Below, in pieces: positions 20,682-29,221 of a DNA stretch of 55,083 bases. The stretch lies in contig CAKKSE010000076.1 in NCBI GenBank assembly GCA_919903025.1, positions 1 through 55,083 on the forward strand, in the 5' to 3' direction. The position numbers were made by a program, and so were the translations under genes. Source of the stretch: Nitrospiria bacterium. GTDB lineage: Bacteria; Nitrospirota; RBG-16-64-22. Each line of letters starts with the position of its first letter. Position 1 is the stretch's first letter. The notes under the pieces were generated by a model, which saw only the letters and a list, made by a program, of their open reading frames with translations, did no database searches and was not told the DNA's origin.

Positions 20682-20700
20682 GATTCAGGCGGGCGTCCGG

Positions 20701-21174
20701 TCAGGTCGCAAGAGGCTCGACTTTCTTGACGGAAGCCGGATAGACGGAGATCACGGCATTGTTCGAATTGGGGTCGGCCGGAAAGAGGTAGAAAGCGCCG
20801 TCGGCCGTCGGGTTCCAGGGGACCGGGATGTAGCCGACGACCGTTTCGTCATCGCGGAAAGTCACGGACACCTTCGTTCCCATTCCTTCCCGGGCGGCGT
20901 CCATCCGGTCTTGCCGGTCGGAGTTTCCCTCCAGATTGCGGACGAAGAAGATCGCTTTGAGGTCGCCGGGACGGACGGGCGTCCACTCCGCGAATGCCTC
21001 GTCGATGAGCTGTTCGATCGGCATGAACTCGAATAGCGGCGCTTCCAGGGAGAACCCGCGCACGTATCCTTTCTCCACGCGCCCGTCGCGGAAGTGAACG
21101 ACGACCGGCCGGGTGGCCAAGAGGCCGCCGGAAGAGATGAAATATGAAGCGATTTTCCTGCTGTCGTGGGCCAT
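20701..21174 (-). CDS. hypothetical protein (157 aa)
   Basis: ORF trimmed to MAHDSRKIAS. Two similar half-domains (VVVHFRDGRVEKGYV... and VSVTFRDDETVVGYI...FYLFPADPNSNNAVISV). Function unknown. Confidence 0.5.
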   Translation of the reverse strand: MAHDSRKIASYFISSGGLLATRPVVVHFRDGRVEKGYVRGFSLEAPLFEFMPIEQLIDEAFAEWTPVRPGDLKAIFFVRNLEGNSDRQDRMDAAREGMGTKVSVTFRDDETVVGYIPVPWNPTADGAFYLFPADPNSNNAVISVYPASVKKVEPLAT

Positions 21175-21311
21175 GGTTCGTCCTGGCTGAGTTGGGTCTT
21201 GCCTCGGGTTTGATCCGAATTTACCGCTCGAACGGGCTCTTGTCAATGCCTTCACCCCGAAAAATCGCCCGTATCTCGCGTTCTTCGCACTGCCAAGATG
21301 CGGCAATCGGT

Positions 21312-21806
21312 CTACAAATACGAGATTCGGCGAAAAGTTTCGGACAATTCCTTCGAGTGGTTCAGGAGAGCCCCTTGCGTTGTCACGCGGTACGTGTACC
21401 TTGTCTGGTTGACGTCCCTGTAGACCAACTCGTAAATCTCCGGCTTTCCCTCTCCGGCCACGAGCGTCCCCTTGCAGGAGGCCGGCTCCTGGATCCCGTA
21501 TTCATGGGCGAGGTGGATCCGGGCGATCAGGTCCGCCACCGACTCGCTGATCCAGCGCGCCTCGGGCCGTCCCCGGAGGGCGGCGTAGAGGGACAGGACT
21601 TCGGCCGGCGGGCGGTCGGAGGAAAGGAGAAACTCGACGACCTTGACGGGTCCGTCGGCCGAAGGCGAGCCGGGCCCGATGAGGATCGAGACGGGCACGG
21701 CGTCCAGATCGGCCCTCTGGTGAATCGTTGAAAGGACTTCGGCGATTCGGGATACGCCCGCCAGTCGAAGGCGGTACCAGGTTGCCGGCTCGGATTGTTT
21801 CGTCAC
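21312..21806 (-). CDS. hypothetical protein (164 aa)
   Basis: Only long ORF on this strand and in operon orientation with the downstream genes. Protein-like composition, no motif recognised. Confidence 0.4.
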   Translation of the reverse strand: MTKQSEPATWYRLRLAGVSRIAEVLSTIHQRADLDAVPVSILIGPGSPSADGPVKVVEFLLSSDRPPAEVLSLYAALRGRPEARWISESVADLIARIHLAHEYGIQEPASCKGTLVAGEGKPEIYELVYRDVNQTRYTYRVTTQGALLNHSKELSETFRRISYL

Positions 21807-21885
21807 AGAATTCCCCGTCCCGAAGCTGATGGTAATCTATCCCCTTTCTCCGCCGGCTTCAAGGGGCGCGGGGACGGAAAACGCC

Positions 21886-21914
21886 TTGACACCCTTCAAA
21901 CGCTGTTCTAAATT
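21886..21914 (+). promoter_or_regulatory. sigma-70-type promoter TTGACA-N17-TAAATT giving a near-leaderless IclR transcript
   Basis: Hexamers read directly. The -10 element ends 8 nt before the ATG at 21923 and there is no SD. Confidence 0.5.
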
Positions 21915-21922
21915 GTCGCCTG

Positions 21923-22729
21923 ATGAAACGGGAAAAGGGCGAATACCTCATCCAATCGATCGCCCACGCCTTGGACATTCTGGGAGCTTTCACGCCCCAG
22001 GAGGTCGAGCTGGGCGTCACCGAGATTTCCCGCCGGCTTGGCCTCCCCAAGAACAACGTCTTCCGGATCCTCGCGACGCTCGAGCTGAGAGGATACATCG
22101 AGCAGAACAAGACGACGGGAAACTATCGGCTCGGACTCAAGACGTTCGAACTGGGCCAGACGTTCATCCACTCGACCAACACGGTCCGCCAGGCCCGGCC
22201 GGTTCTCGAAAAGATCGTCGAGGAGGTGAACGAAACGGCGTACCTCGGCATCCTGAAAGGGACGAACGCCGTCTACCTGGACGTCGTGGAGACGCGGCAG
22301 GCCGTTCGCTCGGCTTCCCGCCTGGGAGCCATCATCCCGGCCTGCTGCACGGCCCTCGGGAAAGCCCAGCTTGCGTTCATGCCCCGCGAGGAGTTGATGC
22401 GGCTTTTCGGCCGGAGCAAGCTGGTCGCCTACACGAGCAACACCGTGGCGACCCGAGAGGAGCTCTTCCGGCGGCTCGACGCCGTCTATGAGAACGGTTT
22501 CGCCCTCGACGAGGAGGAGTACGAGGAGGGCGTGCGCTCCGTCGGCGCTCCCGTCCGCGACTTCTCCCAGGAGGTCGTGGCCGGCATCTCCATCTCCGGC
22601 CCCGCCTATCGCATCACCCCGGAGAGGATCCAGAACCAGCTCGTTCCCCTCCTGAAGCGCGCGGGCCTCGAACTCTCCAAGCGGCTTGGATACGAGGTGG
22701 GCGTCAAGATGGAAGGCGTGAAGGTCTAG
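21923..22729 (+). CDS. IclR-family transcriptional regulator
   Basis: N-terminal wHTH (IQSIAHALDILGAF...VTEISRRLGLPKNNVFRILATLE) and a C-terminal IclR effector domain (EEYEEGVRSVGAPV). Confidence 0.85.
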   Translation: MKREKGEYLIQSIAHALDILGAFTPQEVELGVTEISRRLGLPKNNVFRILATLELRGYIEQNKTTGNYRLGLKTFELGQTFIHSTNTVRQARPVLEKIVEEVNETAYLGILKGTNAVYLDVVETRQAVRSASRLGAIIPACCTALGKAQLAFMPREELMRLFGRSKLVAYTSNTVATREELFRRLDAVYENGFALDEEEYEEGVRSVGAPVRDFSQEVVAGISISGPAYRITPERIQNQLVPLLKRAGLELSKRLGYEVGVKMEGVKV

Positions 22730-23046
22730 CGCTTCACGTTGCCTTCGCTCGGCGCTAGTTCCTCGAATCTCGGTTCTTTCCGGCGAAGTGGAGGATAGCC
22801 TTTGGCACAGGCCGGAATGCTCATCGGCAAAGGCCCCAGAGGCTGGCTCCAGGGCCATCGACACCAGATCCCGCTCCCAAGAAGCTTGATTCTTCTCTCC
22901 GAGGGACTCTCTCCGTTAAAAGGACTCGTCCCGGTTGATACTTGTCCAAATCCTTGACGAGTCCGGATGATTCCTCCGCGATTGAAATGGGAAATCTGCC
23001 GGGCGTCAATCCGCGCATCGCGGCGACGTTCGGGAGAGAAATGAGC

Positions 23047-23078
23047 TTGCAAAATAGAAATCGATTTCTGTTTTGCAA
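23047..23078. promoter_or_regulatory. AT-rich 32-bp palindrome TTGCAAAATAGAAATC|GATTTCTGTTTTGCAA
   Basis: 15 of 16 positions are self-complementary. Lies in a 560-nt intergenic region just upstream of the candidate 6S RNA. Candidate operator or promoter element. Confidence 0.35.
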
Positions 23079-23094
23079 GATTGGTTTCGCGCAT

Positions 23095-23285
23095 GGCTCT
23101 CACCGTTGGGTCGGGAGAGAGGGTCTCTACGAACCTTCGGGGCCTGATGGAGCTTCTGGGCAGAGCGTGAGGGGCCGGCTGTTTGGCCTGATTCGTCGGC
23201 TTGGCCATCGTCCCTCTTGCCCTCTCCGCTTGCTCTCTCCGTTGACACGACTTCACCCAGGTGATACCTTCCCAGCCTTCGAGCG
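23095..23285 (+). ncRNA. ssrS: candidate 6S RNA (ssrS-like); boundaries approximate
   Basis: Non-coding stretch immediately upstream of, and co-oriented with, the 5-formyl-THF cyclo-ligase gene, which is the E. coli ssrS-ygfA arrangement. The 5' arm TCACC..TGGGT..GTCG..GGAGAGAG can pair with the 3' arm CTCTCTCC..CGAC..ACCCA..GGTGA to give a long rod. Not verified by folding or a covariance model. Confidence 0.35.
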
Positions 23286-23292
23286 AGGCTGA

Positions 23293-23889
23293 ATGAATCC
23301 TCCGCGGTCGAAAGAAGAGATCCGCCGGACGATGATCGCGGCGCGCGAGGCGCTCGATCCCTCCGAGCGCCGGATCATGAGCGAAGCGATCGCCGCCCGG
23401 CTCGGCTCGATGCCGTTCTTCGAGGGAGCGCGGGCGGTCGGGCTCTATAGGGGCGTGCGCGGGGAAGTCGAGACGGATCTCCTCGTTGAGCGGTGCTTCC
23501 GCGAAGGCCGGAAGGTAGCCGTTCCCGTCGTCCGGCGGGAGGAGCGGCGACTTCTCTTTTCCTGGACCTCCCACGAGACGCGCTGGGCGGCCGGTCCGTT
23601 CGGCATTCCCGAGCCGGCGCCGGAGGACGTGGAGCCGGCGGACGTCGCGTCCCTCGATCTCCTCGTGATGCCGGGGGTCGCGTTTGCGGAGGATGGTTCT
23701 CGCTTGGGCTACGGCGGGGGATACTACGACCGGCTTCTTCGGGAGGCCGCCCGGCGGCCGGTGACCGTCCTCCTCGCGTTCGAGATGCAGGGCGTGCCGG
23801 AGCTTCCGCGGGGCGATCACGACGTCCGTGTGGACTGGATTGTGACGGAAGGAAGGACGATCAACGCGGGTGAATCGGTGAGTCGGTGA
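23293..23889 (+). CDS. 5-formyltetrahydrofolate cyclo-ligase
   Basis: 198 aa with KEEIRR...R..L and the C-terminal [11 protein letters not shown] motif. The stop codon lies inside the GGTGAATC repeat. Confidence 0.85.
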   Translation: MNPPRSKEEIRRTMIAAREALDPSERRIMSEAIAARLGSMPFFEGARAVGLYRGVRGEVETDLLVERCFREGRKVAVPVVRREERRLLFSWTSHETRWAAGPFGIPEPAPEDVEPADVASLDLLVMPGVAFAEDGSRLGYGGGYYDRLLREAARRPVTVLLAFEMQGVPELPRGDHDVRVDWIVTEGRTINAGESVSR

Positions 23890-23908
23890 ATCGGTGAATC
23901 GGAGAAAT
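23869..23908 (+). repeat. 8-nt tandem repeat (GGTGAATC, about 5 units)
   Basis: GGTGAATC GGTGAGTC GGTGAATC GGTGAATC GGAGAAAT. Contains the upstream stop (23887..23889) and ends 10 nt before the folD ATG. Confidence 0.9.
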
Positions 23909-23917
23909 AGGGATCAG

Positions 23918-24763
23918 ATGGCGAAGATAATCGACGGCAAGGCGATCGGTCAGACGGTGCGAGACGAGGTCGCGCGCGACGTGGGACGGCTGAGGGAAGT
24001 CGGCGTCGTTCCGGGTCTTGCCGTCGTGCGCGTGGGGGACAACCCGGCGTCGGCCATCTACGTCCGAAACAAGCGGAAGGCGTGCGAGGCGGCCGGGATC
24101 CACTCCGAGGAGCACGATCTTCCCGGGACGACGGACATGGCGGCCCTCCTTGGCCTGGTCGAGCGGCTGAACCGCGATCCGCGGATCCACGGAATCCTCG
24201 TCCAGCTTCCCCTGCCGAAGGGGCTGGATGAGAGGGCCGTCCTTCGCGCCGTCGATCCGGCGAAGGACGTCGACGGGTTCCATCCGTTCAACGCGGGGCG
24301 GCTCTTGTCGGGAGACCCGTCGCTGGTTCCCTGCACGCCCCTGGGGGTCCTCCGGATGCTCAAGGAGGCGGGCGTCCCGCTCGCGGGGCAGGAAGCCGTC
24401 GTCGTCGGCCGGAGCAACATCGTGGGGAAGCCGATGGCTCTCCTCCTCCTCGGCGAGAACTGCACGGTTACGATCTGCCACTCCCGGACGAGGGACTTGC
24501 CCGCCGTGTGCCGGCGCGCGGACATCCTGGTCGCAGCCGTCGGCAAGGCCGAGATGGTCCGCGGGGACTGGGTGAAGGATGGAGCCGCCGTAATCGACGT
24601 CGGGATCAACCGCCTTCCCGACGGGAAGCTCGTCGGCGACGTGGCGTTCGAAGAGGCCCGCGCGAGGGCGGGATGGATCACGCCCGTTCCCGGCGGCGTG
24701 GGGCCGATGACGATCGCCATGCTTCTTTCGAACACGATCCTGGCGGCGCGGAGCGCACTCTAA
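23918..24763 (+). CDS. folD: bifunctional methylenetetrahydrofolate dehydrogenase/cyclohydrolase
   Basis: [10 protein letters not shown]...ILVQLPLP...[11 protein letters not shown]...[10 protein letters not shown]. Confidence 0.9.
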   Translation: MAKIIDGKAIGQTVRDEVARDVGRLREVGVVPGLAVVRVGDNPASAIYVRNKRKACEAAGIHSEEHDLPGTTDMAALLGLVERLNRDPRIHGILVQLPLPKGLDERAVLRAVDPAKDVDGFHPFNAGRLLSGDPSLVPCTPLGVLRMLKEAGVPLAGQEAVVVGRSNIVGKPMALLLLGENCTVTICHSRTRDLPAVCRRADILVAAVGKAEMVRGDWVKDGAAVIDVGINRLPDGKLVGDVAFEEARARAGWITPVPGGVGPMTIAMLLSNTILAARSAL

Positions 24764-25566
24764 TGGCGACCGAAAGAACCACGATCCACACGCTCATCCA
24801 AAAGAAGAAGGACGGCGAGAAAATCGCCGCCGTGACGGCCTACGACTATCCGTTCGCCGAGATCGCCGACGAGGCGGGGATGGACATCGTCCTCGTCGGG
24901 GATTCGCTCGGGATCGTCGTCCAAGGAGAGGAGACGACGCTCCCCGTCACGATGGATCAGATGGTCTACCACACGCGCCTTGTCTCCCGAGCGGTCAAGA
25001 AGGCCCTCGTGGTCGGCGACATGCCGTTTCTCTCCTATCAGGCCGGCATCGAGGACGCCGTCAGGAACGCCGGGCGGTTTGTCCAGGAAGGGTTCGCTCA
25101 GGCCGTGAAGCTGGAGGGAGGGGCGGGCGTTCTCGATCAGGTGAGCGCGATCTCGAGGGCCGGGATTCCCGTGATGGGCCACCTGGGGCTCACGCCCCAG
25201 TCAGTCCACCAGATGGGCGGGTACAAGGTCCAGGCTCGCTCGCCGGCGGAGGGGGACAAACTCCTCGCCGACGCGCGGGCGCTCGAGGAAGCCGGCGTTT
25301 TCGCCATCATCCTCGAGGGAATCCCGGCCCGTCTCGCGAAGCGGGCGACTCAGTCCGTCTCCGTCCCGACGATCGGAATCGGCGCGGGGCCGCACTGCGA
25401 CGGACAAGTCCTTGTCTTGCACGATCTGCTCGGTCTCTTCGTGAAGTTCTCTCCCAAGTTCGTCAAGCGCTACGCGAACCTCCGTGAGGAGTCGCTCAAG
25501 GCCCTGCGGCACTACCGAAGCGAAGTCCTGTCAGGCGAGTTCCCCACCGACCAGCATTCGTTCTGA
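24763..25566 (+). CDS. panB: 3-methyl-2-oxobutanoate hydroxymethyltransferase
   Basis: TAATG overlap with the folD stop. [11 protein letters not shown]...VLVGDSLG...VKLEGG...GHLGLTPQS. Confidence 0.9.
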   Translation: MATERTTIHTLIQKKKDGEKIAAVTAYDYPFAEIADEAGMDIVLVGDSLGIVVQGEETTLPVTMDQMVYHTRLVSRAVKKALVVGDMPFLSYQAGIEDAVRNAGRFVQEGFAQAVKLEGGAGVLDQVSAISRAGIPVMGHLGLTPQSVHQMGGYKVQARSPAEGDKLLADARALEEAGVFAIILEGIPARLAKRATQSVSVPTIGIGAGPHCDGQVLVLHDLLGLFVKFSPKFVKRYANLREESLKALRHYRSEVLSGEFPTDQHSF

Positions 25567-25581
25567 GATTCGTCTTGGAAT

Positions 25582-25610
25582 CCGCAGATTGCGCAGATTT
25601 GCGCAGATAA
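25582..25610 (+). repeat. short tandem repeat (GCGCAGAT-like, 3 units of 9-10 nt)
   Basis: CCGCAGATT GCGCAGATTT GCGCAGATAA, just after the panB stop. Confidence 0.8.
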
Positions 25611-25680
25611 GGCACGGCGGCAGAGGCGGGTTCGGTGACCTGCCCTACGAAAGCCCCCCGTAGGGCAGCACACCGTGCCT
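25610..25680. terminator. long nested hairpin between convergent panB and glgB (terminator-like, no U-tract)
   Basis: Outer stem AGGCACGG / CCGTGCCT and inner stem CTGCCCTAC / GTAGGGCAG with an 11-nt loop. Confidence 0.35.
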
Positions 25681-25715
25681 GCCCCCTGCACCCGCAAATC
25701 TCTGTGCCTCCGGGG

Positions 25716-27935
25716 CTAGTCACTTTTTTTCAGCCAGATCGCCGCCAAGGGCGGAAGGGTGAGGGAGAGCGAGCACGGACGGCCCTGCCAGGGGGTTGGC
25801 TCGGCCATGACGCCGCCGCCGTTGCCCATGTTGCTTCCTCCGTAGTGCTCCGAATCGCTGTTCAGGATCTCCCGGTAGAAGCCCGGCTCCGGGACGCCGA
25901 TCCGGTATCCGCGCTGAGGGACTGGCGTGAAGTTGCAGACCGCAACGAGGAAGTCGCGCGGGTTCCTCGCCCGCCGCAGGAACACGATCACGTTGTGGTC
26001 GGCGTCGTGGAAGTCGATCCACTCGAACCCCTCCCAGTGGAAATCTACTTCCCACAAGGCCGGCTGGGATCGGTACAGCACGTTGAGATCCCGGACGTAC
26101 TTCCTGAGTTTCTCGTGCGGGTCGAATTCCAGGAGGTGCCACTGGAGAGACGAGCCTTCGTCCCATTCCCACCACTGGCCCAACTCCCCGCCCATGAATA
26201 GGAGTTTCTTCCCCGGGTAGGCGTGCATGAAGCCGTAGAAGAGCCGGAGATTGGCGAATCTCTGCCAGAAGTCGCCCGGCATCCTGTCCAGGAGGGAGCG
26301 TTTTCCGTGAACGACCTCGTCGTGGGAGAGAGGCAGGATGAAGTTCTCCGTGAACGCGTACAGGAGGCCGAACGTGATCTGGCCGTGGTGGTACTTCCGG
26401 TGGACCGGGTTCTTCGACACGAAGTCGAGCATGTCGTGCATCCATCCCATGTTCCACTTGAGGGAAAAGCCCAGCCCTCCCAGATAGGTGGGGCGGGAGA
26501 CGGCCGGCCAGGCGGTCGATTCCTCGGCGACCGTGGCCGCGCCGGGGAATTCGCGGTGGACGGCCTCGTTCAGCTCCCGGATGAAGGCGATCGCCTCCAG
26601 GTTCTCGTTTCCCCCGTAGACGTTCGGGACCCACTCGCCCGGCCGGCGGGAATAGTCGAGATAGATGACGGAGGCCACGGCGTCCACCCGCAGGCCGTCT
26701 GCGTGGAACCGGTCGAGCCAGAAGAGGGCGTTCGAGATGAGGAAGTTCTTCACCTCGTTCCGCCCGTAATTGAAGATGAGCGTTCCCCAGTCCTGGTGGA
26801 ATCCCTTTCGCGGGTCTTCGTGCTCGTAGAGGCAGGTCCCATCGAACTGCCTGAGGGCGTGATCGTCGGCCGGGAAGTGGGCCGGGACCCAGTCGAGGAT
26901 GACGCCGATCCCGTTCTGATGGCACTGGTCGATGAGAAACATGAGATCCTCGGGCGGACCGAAGCGGCTTGTCGCCGCGAAGTAGCCGGTCACCTGGTAA
27001 CCCCATGAGGCGTCCAGGGGATGCTCCATCACCGGAAGGAGCTCGACGTGCGTGTATCCCAGATCCTTTACGTAGAGGACCAGGTCGCGGGCCAGCTCGC
27101 GGTACGTGAGGGAGCGGTTCCCCTCATCGGGGACCCGCCGCCACGATCCCAGGTGGACCTCGTAGATCGACATCGGGCGGTCGAGGGGATTTGCCCTGGT
27201 CCTCGCTTCCATCCAGGCTTGGTCGTTCCACCGGTATTTCGAGATGTCGTGGACGACGGAGGCGGTCTTCGGGCGAAGCTCCGTCAGGAAGGCGTACGGA
27301 TCGGCCTTGACGCGGGCCGGCCCGCCGGCGTTCGGCCGGATCTCGAACTTGTAGAGAGAGCCCTCGGGCAGGCCGGGGATGAATATCTCCCAGATCCCGG
27401 ACGTGCCGCGGAGACGCATCGGATGGATTCGGCCGTCCCAGTGGTTGAAGTCGCCGATCACGCTTACGCGTCTGGCGTTCGGCGCCCAGACGGCGAATTG
27501 GACGCCCGGCGCGCCGTTCACGACGCGGAGGTGGGCGCCCAGCTTTTCGTAGGTCCGGTAGTGCTTTCCCTCGCCGATCAGGTGGAGATCGAAATCGGTG
27601 AGGACCGGCGGGAAGGCGTACGGATCCTGGATGTCGGATTCCCGGTTCCGCCAGTCGACGAGGCGAAGACGGTACGGACGCCCCCCCTCGTCCCGGGGGA
27701 GGACAGCCTCGAAGAAGCCGTCCGGGTGCTGTTTCTCCATCGGGACGGGCGAGCCGGGGTCGGAGTCGGTGATGACGAAGGCTTCCCGCGCGTCGGGCCG
27801 GAAGACCCGGACGCAAACGGCAGGCGCTCCGCCGCGAATCGAGGGATGCGGGCCGAGGACCTGGAAAGGGTTCCAGTGCTCGGCTCGGACGATCCGGAGG
27901 ATCTCATCGTGCAAACTGTTTTCATAAACATCCAT
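25716..27935 (-). CDS. glgB: 1,4-alpha-glucan branching enzyme
   Basis: ORF trimmed to MDVYENSL, with AGGGGG upstream. GH13 motifs [24 protein letters not shown] and [12 protein letters not shown]. Confidence 0.9.
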   Translation of the reverse strand: MDVYENSLHDEILRIVRAEHWNPFQVLGPHPSIRGGAPAVCVRVFRPDAREAFVITDSDPGSPVPMEKQHPDGFFEAVLPRDEGGRPYRLRLVDWRNRESDIQDPYAFPPVLTDFDLHLIGEGKHYRTYEKLGAHLRVVNGAPGVQFAVWAPNARRVSVIGDFNHWDGRIHPMRLRGTSGIWEIFIPGLPEGSLYKFEIRPNAGGPARVKADPYAFLTELRPKTASVVHDISKYRWNDQAWMEARTRANPLDRPMSIYEVHLGSWRRVPDEGNRSLTYRELARDLVLYVKDLGYTHVELLPVMEHPLDASWGYQVTGYFAATSRFGPPEDLMFLIDQCHQNGIGVILDWVPAHFPADDHALRQFDGTCLYEHEDPRKGFHQDWGTLIFNYGRNEVKNFLISNALFWLDRFHADGLRVDAVASVIYLDYSRRPGEWVPNVYGGNENLEAIAFIRELNEAVHREFPGAATVAEESTAWPAVSRPTYLGGLGFSLKWNMGWMHDMLDFVSKNPVHRKYHHGQITFGLLYAFTENFILPLSHDEVVHGKRSLLDRMPGDFWQRFANLRLFYGFMHAYPGKKLLFMGGELGQWWEWDEGSSLQWHLLEFDPHEKLRKYVRDLNVLYRSQPALWEVDFHWEGFEWIDFHDADHNVIVFLRRARNPRDFLVAVCNFTPVPQRGYRIGVPEPGFYREILNSDSEHYGGSNMGNGGGVMAEPTPWQGRPCSLSLTLPPLAAIWLKKSD

Positions 27936-28083
27936 CTGGGACGAACCCCCTTTCCCGCTTTGCACCATCATCCTATCACCGGACGGTCGAAACCGGGAAC
28001 AACGAAGCGCATCCCGTCGCAGGCGGGACCGCAATCCCCGCATTGTCGGAGCCGGCCAGCGCACTTTTCCCGCGCCTTTTTTC

Positions 28084-28112
28084 TTGACACTCTCTGCCTC
28101 GTCCGATAGGAT
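28084..28112 (+). promoter_or_regulatory. sigma-70-type promoter TTGACA-N17-TAGGAT with an upstream T-tract, for the nuo operon
   Basis: Hexamers read directly, about 150 nt upstream of the nuoA ATG. Confidence 0.5.
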
Positions 28113-28264
28113 GCGAACGCCTTTTGATCGTTTCGCCGAATCTCTTTAGTTTCAACGCGTTAGGGCTATTCCGCGGGTCGACTGTATACACTTTCGGCGG
28201 CTTGGAAGGCGGACTCGCCTTCCGGCGGCGCTTTCGCCGTGCAGGGAGCCGTGCAGGGAGATTG

Positions 28265-28636
28265 ATGCCGGAAACGCACCTCCCAACACAGTACCTGCCG
28301 GTTCTCCTCCTCCTGGCGCTCGCCGCCGGATTCGTCGTGATCAACCTCGTGATGGGCTCGCTGGTCCGTCCCAAGCGGCCGTCTGCCGAGAAGCTCACCC
28401 CCTACGAGAGCGGAATCCCGCCGATTGGCCAAGCCCAGCGGCGGTTCAACGTCCGGTTCTATCTTGTCTCGATGCTTTTCGTCTTGTTCGACATCGAAAC
28501 GGTCTTCCTCTATCCCTGGGCGGTCCTTCTGAAGAAGCTCGGGATGTTCGGTTTCGTCGAGATGGCAGTCTTCATCATGATCCTTCTTGTGGGATACGGG
28601 TATGCGTGGAAGTCGGGGGCATTGAATTGGGATTAG
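28265..28636 (+). CDS. nuoA: NADH-quinone oxidoreductase subunit A
   Basis: ORF trimmed to MPETHLPTQYLPVLL. YESGIPP...FDIETVFLYPWA motif, 123 aa, three TM helices. Confidence 0.85.
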   Translation: MPETHLPTQYLPVLLLLALAAGFVVINLVMGSLVRPKRPSAEKLTPYESGIPPIGQAQRRFNVRFYLVSMLFVLFDIETVFLYPWAVLLKKLGMFGFVEMAVFIMILLVGYGYAWKSGALNWD

Positions 28637-28656
28637 GGATTAGGGATTAGGGGGTA
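28629..28656 (+). repeat. 7-nt tandem repeat (GGGATTA x3 plus GGGGGTA); canonical G-quadruplex motif
   Basis: GGGattaGGGattaGGGattaGGGGG. The nuoA TAG stop (28634..28636) lies inside unit 1. Confidence 0.9.
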
Positions 28657-28660
28657 AGGC

Positions 28661-29149
28661 GTGGAAGGCGGAGTGAAAGCCGTGGAGTTTTCAGAGACGG
28701 CGAAGAGGGAGATCGAGAAGATCCTGTCGCGCTATCCGACGAAAGGCGCGGCGCTCCTTCCCGTCCTCCATCTGGCCCAGGAGGAGTTCGGCGTCCTGAC
28801 GGAAGGCGTTCGGGCGCGCGTGGCGCAGGTCCTGGATCTTCCGCCGGCCCAGGTGGAAGGGGTCGTGAGCTTCTACACGCTCTTCAAGACTCAGCCGACC
28901 GGCCGCCACGTGATCTGGCTCTGCCAGACGCTCTCCTGCGATCTCGCGGGGACGCGGAGCCTGCTCGGGCACCTCGATCGCCGCTATTCTCTCAAGCCCG
29001 GCGGGACGACGGCCGACGGGCGGTTCACGCTCGTGATGGCCGAGTGCCTGGGCGGGTGCGGGACGGGGCCGGCGATGATGGTGAACTGGGACTATCACGA
29101 TCGGCTTACGCCGGAGCGGGTGGATGAGGTGCTGGAGAAATACCGGTGA
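28661..29149 (+). CDS. nuoE: NADH-quinone oxidoreductase subunit E (2Fe-2S)
   Basis: Cys ligands in CQTLSC and AECLGGCGTGP, and the SFYTLF motif. The GTG start is uncertain (28661 or 28673). Confidence 0.85.
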   Translation: MEGGVKAVEFSETAKREIEKILSRYPTKGAALLPVLHLAQEEFGVLTEGVRARVAQVLDLPPAQVEGVVSFYTLFKTQPTGRHVIWLCQTLSCDLAGTRSLLGHLDRRYSLKPGGTTADGRFTLVMAECLGGCGTGPAMMVNWDYHDRLTPERVDEVLEKYR

Positions 29150-29221
29150 ATCGGTGAATGGGTGAATCGGTGAATCGACCAATGACTATTGACCAATGAC
29201 CAATGACCAATGACGGATGAC
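29145..29221 (+). repeat. two abutting tandem arrays: GGTGAATC x4 (8 nt) then GACCAAT x6-7 (7 nt)
   Basis: The array contains the nuoE TGA (29147..29149) and the nuoF ATG (29217..29219). Confidence 0.9.

Noticed and set aside
22801-22820. TTGGCACAGGCCGGAATGCT considered as a second sigma-54 promoter. TGGCAC-containing sites near 40793 and 43944 were also checked.
   Set aside because: The spacing between the GG and GC elements is wrong (13 nt instead of 10), or the -12 element is missing.
25716-25735. T7 run (CACTTTTTTTCAG) after the panB/glgB hairpin considered as a terminator U-tract.
   Set aside because: It lies inside the glgB coding sequence (the ...LKKSD codons on the minus strand) and is 40 nt away from the hairpin, so it is not an intrinsic terminator tail.
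28629-28656. GGGATTA repeats resemble eukaryotic telomeric repeats.
   Set aside because: There are only 3.5 units, the array is internal to a bacterial operon and overlaps the nuoA stop, and the unit is ATTAGGG rather than TTAGGG or TTTAGGG. It was treated as a member of the local microsatellite family with G4 potential.
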